DNA of 64,000 bases, from NCBI GenBank assembly GCA_025964625.1, contig JAOPYL010000214.1, forward strand, positions 7,542 through 71,541, in the 5' to 3' direction. This document shows, in pieces, positions 51,363 through 59,847 of the stretch (position 1 is the stretch's first letter; each line of letters begins with the position of its first letter). The position numbers and the translations under genes are program-made. The DNA comes from Actinoallomurus sp. GTDB taxonomy: Bacteria; Actinomycetota; Actinomycetes; Streptosporangiales; Streptosporangiaceae. The notes under the pieces are model-generated. The model had not been told where the DNA came from. It searched no databases and saw nothing but the letters and a program-made list of their open reading frames with translations.

Positions 51363-52019
51363 ATGATCGATCTACGGCGCGACGGGGACGTGCACGTCCT
51401 GCGGTTCGACAACGGCGAGAACCGCTTCAGCCCGGGGCTCCTCGATGAGATCGAGAAGGCGCTCGGCGAGCTGGAGACCGCCACGAGGCCGGTGGCACTG
51501 GTGACGGCCGGCACCGGGAAGTTCTACTCGAACGGGCTCGACCTCGACTGGATCACGCACAATCCCGAGCAGTGGGGCCCCTACCTGGACCGGGTGCACG
51601 GCCTGTTCGCCCGGCTGCTGACGCTGCCGATGCCGACGGTCGCGGCACTGAACGGCCACGCGTTCGCGGCCGGCGCCATGCTGGCGCTCAGCCACGACTA
51701 CCGCGTCATGCGCGCCGACCGCGGCTACTTCTGCCTGCCCGAGGTCGACCTCGGACTGTCCTTCACGCCAGGCATGAGCGCCCTCATCCAGGCGCGGCTG
51801 CCGAAGACGACCGCGCACGAGGCCATGGTCACCGGCCGGCGGTACGGCGGCGAGGACGCCCGGGCCGCGGGCATCGTGCACCGCACCGCATCCGAGGCCG
51901 GCGTGGTGTCCGCCGCGATCGACCTCGCCGCTTCCCTGACGGGCAAGGACGGGGAGGCCATCGCCAAGATCCGGACGGTGATGTACGGACCGGTGCTCGA
52001 AGCGCTCAGGGGCGCGTAG
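51363..52019 (+). CDS. Enoyl-CoA hydratase/isomerase (delta3-delta2 type)
   Basis: FYSNGLDLDW, NGHAFAAGAMLA, FCLPEVDLG. Confidence 0.9.
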   Translation: MIDLRRDGDVHVLRFDNGENRFSPGLLDEIEKALGELETATRPVALVTAGTGKFYSNGLDLDWITHNPEQWGPYLDRVHGLFARLLTLPMPTVAALNGHAFAAGAMLALSHDYRVMRADRGYFCLPEVDLGLSFTPGMSALIQARLPKTTAHEAMVTGRRYGGEDARAAGIVHRTASEAGVVSAAIDLAASLTGKDGEAIAKIRTVMYGPVLEALRGA

Positions 52020-52051
52020 CCGCCTCCCTGACGTCCCTCATCCCGGGAAGC

Positions 52052-52210
52052 TTTACAAGTTAATCCCTATCGGTATAGTAGGTAATGCTGACCAGTTCAT
52101 GCGGCAGCCATCGCACCGCTGGTCGTGGTAACCGTCTCGACAGCCCTGCGCGTCCGGCCGGCCGAGACGGCGGAAGGGCCGGCCCCGAGTGGCAGCGGGG
52201 CCGGCCCTGT
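52052..52210 (+). ncRNA. Candidate sRNA or attenuator leader (promoter, 10-aa uORF, two hairpins)
   Basis: TTTACA-N16-TATAGT (52052-52079); ORF MRQPSHRWSW* (52099-52131); stems 52132-39/52163-70 and a perfect 13-bp stem 52175-87/52196-208. Confidence 0.4.
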
Positions 52211-52602
52211 CACTTCCCCGCACCGCCCCGTGTCCGATTGCGGTCGTCTCCTGGCGCACCGACAACCGGCCCAACGTTCGCGATCAACGTCCACAGACCG
52301 CCGAGGTTGAGCAAAGGTTCTGCAAAATCCCTCGCAAGAGACATGAGTCACTCGGACCTTCCCTGCGTGGCGCGCCCTGGGAGCGGATGGCGGAATGGGC
52401 GAGCCGGTGCGACGACAAGGCATTTATCCGAATAGTTCGAATTGAGGCTCCGACTCACCTCTCTCCCTTTCGGTTCGAGGCATGGTAACGTCCAAAACCA
52501 GCAGCACCTTGATCGTCGCGCCAGGTCTCCGACGATGGATGACCATCGCGTTCAGCCCAGCATGTGGTGGGCGGTCTCGTGGCCGTCTTCCGAAAGGATT
52601 CG

Positions 52603-53358
52603 ATGCTCACGCCCGATCCCCCGACAGACGCCGCCCCCTCCCGCGTCAAGGCGCATCAGCTGACGGTGGCGGTGCTGGTGGTCTCGGCCGGAGTTCTGGG
52701 CGTGATCCTCGCCGCCACCACATCGCCGACCGCCACCGCGTCTCCCGGCTCCGCGGCCTCGCGGACCGCATCACCGACCGCATCACCGACCGCATCACCG
52801 GCCGCCATGGCGTCGCCCGCCATCACCGTGTCACCGTCCCCCCGCGCGAGCGCGTCGGCCTCGGCGAGCACGTCCGCGCCGGTCACCGCCTCCGTCAGGT
52901 CGGACAGGGGCGCGCTGGGGCCCTGCCGGCCAGGCCCGTTCTTCAAGGTCGAGTTCGCCGATCCGAAGAACTTCTACGTCCCCCGCACCCATTACGTCGA
53001 CGGCCCTGGCGGCGACATAAGAGTATGGGTCAAGCAGTGGCACACCGTTAAGTTCGACGTCCACCTGGAACGAGAGGTCCAGACCGAGTTCCATATTCAG
53101 GACTTCATCGCCCGGATGCGGAAGGAGATAAACCCCGAGATCGACGAGGAGCACACCGTCGAGAGCGGACACGAATACCACGTTACTATTTCCAAGAAGA
53201 TGTACGGTCACGTGCGTTACCGGGTCTTCGGTTACAAGGTCGGCTTCCAGCAGTGGCGAGTGCTGGACAATTGCGGAATGCTGAAAGTCGTCTCCGGAAT
53301 CGCCAGCGTTCCCACCCGGAAGGAAGGCTGGCAATATTGGGAGAGCAGGTCCCCCTGA
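52603..53358 (+). CDS. Secreted/anchored protein with S/T/A/P linker and beta-rich C-terminal domain
   Basis: GAAAGGA RBS; hydrophobic N-terminal segment; C-domain YVDGPGG...GHEY...YGH...GYKV...EGWQYWE with two Cys. Confidence 0.75.
   Translation: MLTPDPPTDAAPSRVKAHQLTVAVLVVSAGVLGVILAATTSPTATASPGSAASRTASPTASPTASPAAMASPAITVSPSPRASASASASTSAPVTASVRSDRGALGPCRPGPFFKVEFADPKNFYVPRTHYVDGPGGDIRVWVKQWHTVKFDVHLEREVQTEFHIQDFIARMRKEINPEIDEEHTVESGHEYHVTISKKMYGHVRYRVFGYKVGFQQWRVLDNCGMLKVVSGIASVPTRKEGWQYWESRSP
52765..52800 (+). repeat. Exact 12-bp tandem repeat x3 (TASP)
   Basis: accgcatcaccg x3. Confidence 0.9.
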
Positions 53359-53440
53359 GCGCACCCGCACTCCGGACGGCGGCTGAAGCCGATTCGCGGA
53401 GGAACCACCATCGGCCGACGTTCGTCCTACGATTGTGATC

Positions 53441-54052
53441 ATGCCGGAGTCGTACACATGGTCGCCTCGTTCGGAGGGCGACGCGGTCGAGTTGTACGAC
53501 GCGGCCTCGGGGCGCTCCACCGTGCTCCGCCGCCCGCCCGCCGAGCTGCTGGCGATGGACGACGTCGTCCGCATCGAGGCGCTCGCCTTCCGGGAGAGCG
53601 ACCGGCCGCAGGCGGAGCTGTTCGGCGCGCTGGACACCGACCCGCTGCGCGTGCTCACCGGGATGAACTGGCTGATCGCCTTCTGGACGGTGCTCTGGGA
53701 TCTGCGCTCGGGCGCCCCCGCGGAAGAACTGATCCGCGATTTGAACTATGACGGCCCCTGGCGCAGGGGCGCCACGCCCGAACGTGAACAGGTGTGGCGG
53801 TCGATGAGCCAGCGCGTCCGCTCCGGGGTGCTCGCCGCGCTGACCGGCAACCCGGAGGCGCATCGCGTGTACGAGTCCGAGGTGCGGCGGCTCGCGCCGG
53901 ACGTCTTCCTGCACGTGACGCTGACCATCATGGACGCGCTGAGCCGCGAGCTGACCCGGCAGGGGCTCGGTCTCGACGGCATGGCCGCCGGCCTCGCCGA
54001 GCGCACCCGGCCCGGCCCGGGCAACGGACCGTCGTTCACTCCTCCGCGCTAG
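53441..54052 (+). CDS. Hypothetical protein
   Basis: 204-aa ORF with protein-like composition; convergent 4-nt overlap with the thioesterase. Confidence 0.7.
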   Translation: MPESYTWSPRSEGDAVELYDAASGRSTVLRRPPAELLAMDDVVRIEALAFRESDRPQAELFGALDTDPLRVLTGMNWLIAFWTVLWDLRSGAPAEELIRDLNYDGPWRRGATPEREQVWRSMSQRVRSGVLAALTGNPEAHRVYESEVRRLAPDVFLHVTLTIMDALSRELTRQGLGLDGMAAGLAERTRPGPGNGPSFTPPR

Positions 54053-54705
54053 GACCCGTCAACGCGAACCGGCATGACGAAGACGCCGGTCGCCTCGGTG
54101 GTCACCTCACCGTCCGGTCCGATGATGCGGCTCTCGACGAACGTCTTGCGGCCGTCCACCCGGACCGTCCTCGCCTCGGCGGACAGGGGCACGCCGTGCG
54201 GAGTCGGCCGGCGGTAGCGCAGGTCGAGGCCGGCCGTCATGCCGGGCGTGCCGTTCGCCGCGGCCGCGCTTCCGGAGAGATGGTCGAGGATCATCGCCGA
54301 CACGCCCCCGTGCACGAACCCCGGCGGTCCCTCGTAGACGGCACTGAGGGTGAACTCGGCCCGCGCCGCGCCGTCGGGCGACAGGCTGATCACGATCGGC
54401 GGGGCGATCGGGTTCAGCTCGCCCGTGACCGGGCTGCCCGGCTGGCGGATGACCCCGGAGGCGTCGACCTCGGTGACAGGAGGAGCCGTACGCCTGGCGA
54501 CGGCCAGTCTCCGGGTGAGCGCATCCACCTCCCGGGCGACCGCGGCGACCTCGGCGGTCTCCGCGTCGGTCAGCACGACCGACGCGATCAGCTCGCGGAC
54601 GCTCGCGGCGAGCTCGGCGAGCACCAGCGCCTGCTCGCCGGTCAAGGCGTGACGCTCGTCGTCGTCGAAGAACACTCGCGGCATCGCCGATCCGGCCCCG
54701 GTCAT
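54049..54705 (-). CDS. PaaI-family hotdog thioesterase
   Basis: NPIAPP, YEGPPGFVHGGVSAMILD, YRRPTP; GGGGAGG RBS. Confidence 0.9.
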   Translation of the reverse strand: MTGAGSAMPRVFFDDDERHALTGEQALVLAELAASVRELIASVVLTDAETAEVAAVAREVDALTRRLAVARRTAPPVTEVDASGVIRQPGSPVTGELNPIAPPIVISLSPDGAARAEFTLSAVYEGPPGFVHGGVSAMILDHLSGSAAAANGTPGMTAGLDLRYRRPTPHGVPLSAEARTVRVDGRKTFVESRIIGPDGEVTTEATGVFVMPVRVDGS

Positions 54706-54774
54706 CCAGCCTCCCCGCCCAATACCGAACAGCATTCTAGGGGTACGTGCGCGCACGGGCCGCCGGCGATCTCG

Positions 54775-54792
54775 ACCAAGCAATTGCTTGGT
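54775..54792. promoter_or_regulatory. KstR2-type operator ACCAAGCAATTGCTTGGT (perfect palindrome)
   Basis: Perfect 18-bp palindrome between the divergent thioesterase and ADH. Confidence 0.85.
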
Positions 54793-54808
54793 GTTAGCGT
54801 TCGGTCCC

Positions 54809-55930
54809 ATGAGCATGAACGGAGTGCTGACAGCGCGGGCGGCGGTGCTACGGGAGTTCGGCTCCCCGATGGAGATCGCCGAGGTCGAGATCGACGAGCC
54901 GAAGGCCGGTGAGGTGCTGGTCAAGGTCGCGGCGTCCGGCGTCTGCGGTTCCGACATCAAGGCACTCGACGGCAACAGCCCGGTCGTGCGAGAGCTGCCG
55001 TACATCCTGGGCCACGAGAGCGCGGGCGTGGTCGCCGCGGTGGGCCCGGCGGTGACGAGCGTCAGGCCGGACGACCATGTGATCATCGCGATGAACGGGC
55101 CGTGCGGCCGCTGCCACAACTGCGCGCGCGGCCGGGTGCACCTGTGCGCCGGACCGGCGCGGCTGAGCGCGATCATGGGCCTGATGGGGGACGGCACGAC
55201 ACGGCTGAAGGTCGGCGGCACACCGGCCCGCCCGATGATCGGCATCGGATCTTTCGCGGAGTACGCGGTGGTGGGCGAAGCCGCCTGTGTCAAGGTGCGC
55301 GAGGACGCACCGCTCGACCTGCTCGCGCTGACCGCCTGCGGCGTGGTGACCGGCGTCGGCGCGGTCCTGAACACCGCACGCGTCGAGCCCGGGGCGAGTG
55401 TCCTGGTCGTCGGGTGCGGCGGCGTCGGGCTCAACGTGATCCAGGGCGCGGTGCTGGCCGGGGCCACGACGATCATCGCGGCCGACGTGATGGAGTCCAA
55501 GCTCGAGCTGGCCGCGGAGTTCGGCGCGACGCACACCATCCTCGCCGGTGACCTGCCCGGGCAGGTCGGCGAGATCGTACGCGGCGGCACCGACTACGCC
55601 TTCGATGTGACCGGGAACGCGGACGTCCTGGCCAAGGCGTTCGGCGCGACGCAACCGGGCGGCACCACGGTGATGGTCGGCAGCCCGCCTCAGGCGCAGA
55701 CGCTCGCCATCGCGCCGCAGACGCTGTTCGGGTCGCGGCGGCTGATGGGGACCCAGGGCGGTGACGCCCGGCCGAGCCACGACCTGCCGCTCCTGGCCGA
55801 CCTGCACCGCCGGGGCCGTCTCAACCTCGAGGGCCTGGTCAGCGAGCGCCTGCCGCTCGAGAAGATCAACGAAGCGGTGGACCACGTGCGAGCCGGCGCA
55901 GTCGCGCGCTCCGTCATCGTGTTCGACTGA
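54809..55930 (+). CDS. Zn-dependent alcohol dehydrogenase
   Basis: GVCGSD, GHESAG, CGRCHNC...C, GCGGVG. Confidence 0.9.
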   Translation: MSMNGVLTARAAVLREFGSPMEIAEVEIDEPKAGEVLVKVAASGVCGSDIKALDGNSPVVRELPYILGHESAGVVAAVGPAVTSVRPDDHVIIAMNGPCGRCHNCARGRVHLCAGPARLSAIMGLMGDGTTRLKVGGTPARPMIGIGSFAEYAVVGEAACVKVREDAPLDLLALTACGVVTGVGAVLNTARVEPGASVLVVGCGGVGLNVIQGAVLAGATTIIAADVMESKLELAAEFGATHTILAGDLPGQVGEIVRGGTDYAFDVTGNADVLAKAFGATQPGGTTVMVGSPPQAQTLAIAPQTLFGSRRLMGTQGGDARPSHDLPLLADLHRRGRLNLEGLVSERLPLEKINEAVDHVRAGAVARSVIVFD

Positions 55931-55973
55931 TCCCGGACGCATGAGCGGCCTCCCCTCCGCCGAATGTCACTCG

Positions 55974-55991
55974 ACCAAGCGATTGCTCGGC
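55974..55991. promoter_or_regulatory. KstR2-type operator ACCAAGCGATTGCTCGGC
   Basis: ACCAAGCGATTGCT has one mismatch to AnCAAGnnCTTGnT; upstream of the hydrolase-LLM-LLM operon. Confidence 0.75.
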
Positions 55992-56048
55992 AACTCTGGT
56001 CTGATGTAGCGTGCGCTTGTCCGGGTAGCCGGCCGAGAGGGGGCACCA

Positions 56049-56861
56049 TTGCCGTTCGCCGACCTCGCGAGGCACGGCCGTACGGGAGAGCCCCTCCGGC
56101 TCTTCTACACGGACGACGGATCCGGCGACCTGCCGCTGCTCCTGGTGCACGGCTGGGGATCGGACTCCCACGAGTGGACCTGGCACCTCCCCGGCCTGGC
56201 GATCAGGCACCGCGTGATCGCGGCCGACCTGCGCGGCCACGGGTACTCATCCGTGCCGGCCGGCGGCTTCCGCCCACGCGACCTCGCCGAGGACCTGGTC
56301 CACCTCCTCGACCACCTGGACATCGGGCCGGTCGTCGCCGTCGGCCACTCGATGGGCGCGCAGGTCGTCAGCATCCTCGCGGTCGAGCACCCGGAGCGGG
56401 CAAAGGCGCTGGTCTGCGTCGACCCCGGCTACGGCTACCCCCCGGAGGTCGCGGCCACCTTCCCGGGGATAGTGAAGGCGCTGACGGCGGACACGAGCGC
56501 GGCCCTGCGGATCGACGAGTGGTGCTACACCCCCGCGACACCGCCCATGCTCCGCCCGTGGCACACCCGCAGGCTGCTGGCGATGCCGCCGCACGTGCTG
56601 GCCGAGGCGTTCGCCGGGATGTTCACCGACGCCGGGCAGATCGGCGTACGGCCGGCCTCGGACGAGTACCTGTCCCGCCGGGACTGCCCGGTGCTGAGCC
56701 TCTGGTCCGACCCGGCCCAGTCCGCGTGGGAGGAGTCGCTGTTCAAGCACCCCGCATCGAAGACCGTGACGTGGCCGGGCTCCGGCCACCGGTTGCACGA
56801 GGAACGCCCCGGGGAGTTCCTGCTCGTCGTGGACCAATGGATACGAGAGGTAGTGACGTGA
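56049..56861 (+). CDS. Alpha/beta hydrolase
   Basis: LLVHGW, DLRGHG, GHSMG nucleophile motif, SGHRLHEE. Confidence 0.9.
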   Translation: MPFADLARHGRTGEPLRLFYTDDGSGDLPLLLVHGWGSDSHEWTWHLPGLAIRHRVIAADLRGHGYSSVPAGGFRPRDLAEDLVHLLDHLDIGPVVAVGHSMGAQVVSILAVEHPERAKALVCVDPGYGYPPEVAATFPGIVKALTADTSAALRIDEWCYTPATPPMLRPWHTRRLLAMPPHVLAEAFAGMFTDAGQIGVRPASDEYLSRRDCPVLSLWSDPAQSAWEESLFKHPASKTVTWPGSGHRLHEERPGEFLLVVDQWIREVVT

Positions 56862-58108
56862 AGTTCTCCATTTTCCTGAACCCGCAGATTCCCGGGTCGG
56901 GCTACAGCGCCGAGGAGAACGCCAAGGCCAAGCGGCCCATCGGGCGAGACGTCGAGTCGTACCAGAAGCTGCTCCACGAGGTGCGCGAGATCGCGGTGCA
57001 CGCGGACCAGATCGGTTTCCACGCCCTGATGATGACCGAGCACCATTTCCACTCTGAGGGCTTCGAGTTCTCCGTGAACCCGCTGATGTTCCTCACCGAC
57101 CTGGCCGCCCGCACCGAGCGGATCCTGCTCGCCCCGCTCGGCCTCGTCCTGCCCGCGTGGGATCCGATCCGCGCGGCCGAGGACGTCGCGCTGCTCGACC
57201 ACTTCTCCAAGGGACGGCTGCGGCTCGGCATCGCCCGTGGCTACCAGAAACGCTGGGCGGACGTGCTCGGCCAGCGCTGGCACGCCGCCGCGGCACGCTC
57301 GGACGGCTCGGCGTCCGACACGCGGAACTTCGATGTGTTCGGCGAGATCCTGCACATCATGAAGCTGGCCTGGACCCAGGACACGCTGAAGTACAGGAGC
57401 GACGTGCTCGACTACCAGGTGCCGTTTCCGTACGAGGGCATGGAGGGCTGGCCGGCCGCCGAGTGGACGAAGACGTTCGGCGCTCCCGGTGAGATCGACG
57501 ACGAGGGCGTCCTGCGCGCGGTCTCGGTGTGCCCGAAGCCGTACCAGAGCCCCCACCCCGAGCTGTGGCAGCCGTTCACGATCAGCGACCGGTCCGTGAT
57601 CCGGGCCGCGCAGGAGAACATCCTGCCGTGGATGTTCACCCCGAACCCGGACGAGCACGCCGCCAAGGCCAAGCTCTACCAGGAGGAGGCGGCCAGGCAG
57701 GGCCGCGACTACAAGCTCGGCGAGCACACCGGCATCCTCAAGATCGTCGGCATGGCCGACACGCGTGCGGAGGCCATCGCCACGTACGGCAAGGGGATGC
57801 AGAAGGACTTCGCGGCGTTCTTCGGGCCGTTCGGGTACCTGGAGGTGCTCCGCAAGAAGGAGGACGACAAGCACCAGCCCATCTCTCCGGAGAAGGGCGA
57901 CTTCAAGCGGATGAACGAGGTCGAGATGGCGTTGCTCGGCGGTCCCGACGACGTCAAGCGCGGCATCCAGCGGATGCTCGACCGGATGCCCGACCTGGAG
58001 TGGTTCGGCCTGTTCATGCAGGGCCAGCAGGGCGTGCTGCCGCTCGACACCGTCAAGCGGAACCTGGAGCTGTTCGCCACGAAGGTCATCCCGGAGTTCC
58101 AGGACTGA
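56858..58108 (+). CDS. LLM-class flavin-dependent oxidoreductase
   Basis: GFHALMMTEHHF, GRLRLGIARGY; GTGA and TGATG overlaps with neighbours. Confidence 0.9.
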   Translation: MKFSIFLNPQIPGSGYSAEENAKAKRPIGRDVESYQKLLHEVREIAVHADQIGFHALMMTEHHFHSEGFEFSVNPLMFLTDLAARTERILLAPLGLVLPAWDPIRAAEDVALLDHFSKGRLRLGIARGYQKRWADVLGQRWHAAAARSDGSASDTRNFDVFGEILHIMKLAWTQDTLKYRSDVLDYQVPFPYEGMEGWPAAEWTKTFGAPGEIDDEGVLRAVSVCPKPYQSPHPELWQPFTISDRSVIRAAQENILPWMFTPNPDEHAAKAKLYQEEAARQGRDYKLGEHTGILKIVGMADTRAEAIATYGKGMQKDFAAFFGPFGYLEVLRKKEDDKHQPISPEKGDFKRMNEVEMALLGGPDDVKRGIQRMLDRMPDLEWFGLFMQGQQGVLPLDTVKRNLELFATKVIPEFQD

Positions 58109-58986
58109 TGGAGTTCTGGCTGGGCGCGGCGTTCTGTGACGCCGGCGAGTACCTGGGGCTGGCGCGGGCCGCCGAGCGGCTGGGGTATGACACCCTCGCC
58201 ATCTCCGACCACATCTTCCACACCGACTACCAGTCGCGGTATCCGTACTCCGACACCGGCGCACCGCCGTACAAGCCGGACACCCACTGGCCGGACGTGT
58301 GGGTGACGATCGGCGCGATGGCGGCCGTCACCACCCGGCTGAACCTCGCCACCAACGTGTACGTCGCCCCGGCGCGCGACCTGTTCACCGTGGCCAAGGC
58401 GGTGTCGACCGCCGCAGCGCTGTCGGGGAACCGGGTGCGGTTCGGGGTGGGCGCCGGCTGGTGCGAGGACGAGTTCCGGCAGACCGGCCAGGACTTCCAC
58501 ACCCGCGGCAGGCGGCTCGACGAGATGCTGCCGGTCCTGCGCACGCTGTGGCGGGGCGGGACGGCCGAGCATCGCGGGCAGTGGTACGACTTCGGCCCGC
58601 TGACCATCGCGCCGGTGCCGTCCGAACCGGTGCCCGTCTACGTCGGCGGCGACAGCGACGCGGCGCTCCGCCGGGCGGCCCGCCTCGGCGACGGCTGGAT
58701 CGGCAGCCGCGTCTACTCCGAAGACGACCTGTCCGGCCTGCTGGAACGCCTGTCCGGGCACCTCTCCGAGCACGGCCGTACGCTCGCCGACCTGCGCGTC
58801 ATCGCCCCGATCGGCGCCATGCCCAGCGCGGACCTCTACCGGAAGTGGCACGACCGAGGCGTCGACGGCACCCTCGCCGCCCCCTGGTGGCCGGCCACCA
58901 GGGAGGAGAAGCACCGCCTGTCCGGCCTCGGCCTCAAGCTCGCCACCATGGAGCGCTTCGCCGAAAAGGTGATCGCGAAGATGTGA
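58108..58986 (+). CDS. F420-dependent LLM oxidoreductase (TIGR03619-like)
   Basis: AISDH, FGVGAGWCEDEF, RGRRLDE, VGGDSDAALRRAARLGDGW. Confidence 0.85.
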   Translation: MEFWLGAAFCDAGEYLGLARAAERLGYDTLAISDHIFHTDYQSRYPYSDTGAPPYKPDTHWPDVWVTIGAMAAVTTRLNLATNVYVAPARDLFTVAKAVSTAAALSGNRVRFGVGAGWCEDEFRQTGQDFHTRGRRLDEMLPVLRTLWRGGTAEHRGQWYDFGPLTIAPVPSEPVPVYVGGDSDAALRRAARLGDGWIGSRVYSEDDLSGLLERLSGHLSEHGRTLADLRVIAPIGAMPSADLYRKWHDRGVDGTLAAPWWPATREEKHRLSGLGLKLATMERFAEKVIAKM

Positions 58987-58993
58987 CGGCGGG

Positions 58994-59818
58994 TCATGCC
59001 TGCGGAAGCTGCTCTCCGCGTACGGCCTGGATGTCCAGCTCGACCTTGAGCGTGGTGCCGATGGCCCCGATCCCGGCGGCCAGCAACTGGTTGTACGGCA
59101 TGGCGAAGTCGTCGCGCTTCAGCTCGGTCGTGGCGCGGAAGGCGGCGCGGGTGCCGCCCCATGGGTCGGGGCCGGTGCCGAGGTAGGACAGGCCCAGGTC
59201 CACGGGGCGCCGCACGTCCTTGAGGGTCAGTTCGCCGTGCACCGTCCACTGGTCGCCGCCCGCCGGGACCACGTCGGTGCCGGTGTAGGTGATGAGCGGG
59301 AACCTCTCCACGTCCAGGAAGTCGGCGCCCCGCAGGTGGGCGTCGCGCATCGTGCTGGCGGTGTCGACCGTCGCCGCCTTGATCTCCGCCTCCACGCGGG
59401 AGTGCTCGACGTGCTCGGCGATGTCGATGCGCCCGCCGAACTCGTCGAACCGCCCGTGGATGCTGGACAGGCCCAGATGGCGGACGGTCACCATGATGCT
59501 CGAGTGCACCGGATCGATGGTCCACGGCCCCGGAGGGGGCGGCTCGGCTCCGTCCTGGCGAGCCAGCACCACCGTGCCGAGCTCCGCGGATCCGGCCGCA
59601 CCGACCATCGCCGTGGAGGCCGAGGGCGCGTACCCGGCGGCCGTGACGATCGCGGTGTACCGGCCGGCCGGCAGCGGCCCGGTGCGCACGACGCCCTCGG
59701 CGTCCGCCTGAGCACGGGAGACCTGCTGTCCCGTCATGTCGGCGACCGTGACGACCGCGTGCGGAACCGCCCAGCCGTCCTTCGTACGGACCCGTGCGCG
59801 AAGGCCCCGCTCGTCCAT
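58994..59818 (-). CDS. YceI protein with N-terminal carboxypeptidase-regulatory-like domain
   Basis: WTIDPVHSSI, RDAHLRGADFLDVERFP, GPDPWGGTRA. Confidence 0.9.
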   Translation of the reverse strand: MDERGLRARVRTKDGWAVPHAVVTVADMTGQQVSRAQADAEGVVRTGPLPAGRYTAIVTAAGYAPSASTAMVGAAGSAELGTVVLARQDGAEPPPPGPWTIDPVHSSIMVTVRHLGLSSIHGRFDEFGGRIDIAEHVEHSRVEAEIKAATVDTASTMRDAHLRGADFLDVERFPLITYTGTDVVPAGGDQWTVHGELTLKDVRRPVDLGLSYLGTGPDPWGGTRAAFRATTELKRDDFAMPYNQLLAAGIGAIGTTLKVELDIQAVRGEQLPQA

Positions 59819-59847
59819 TGCTGCTCCTGCTCTCCTCTGTCGGTGCG

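Noticed and set aside
52085-52435. 116-aa leaderless ORF starting at the putative TSS, and an ilvB-leader-like LVVVT frame
   Set aside because: The long ORF is not protein-like and runs through a strong hairpin; the LVVVT frame has an upstream stop at 52089 and no start before the motif.
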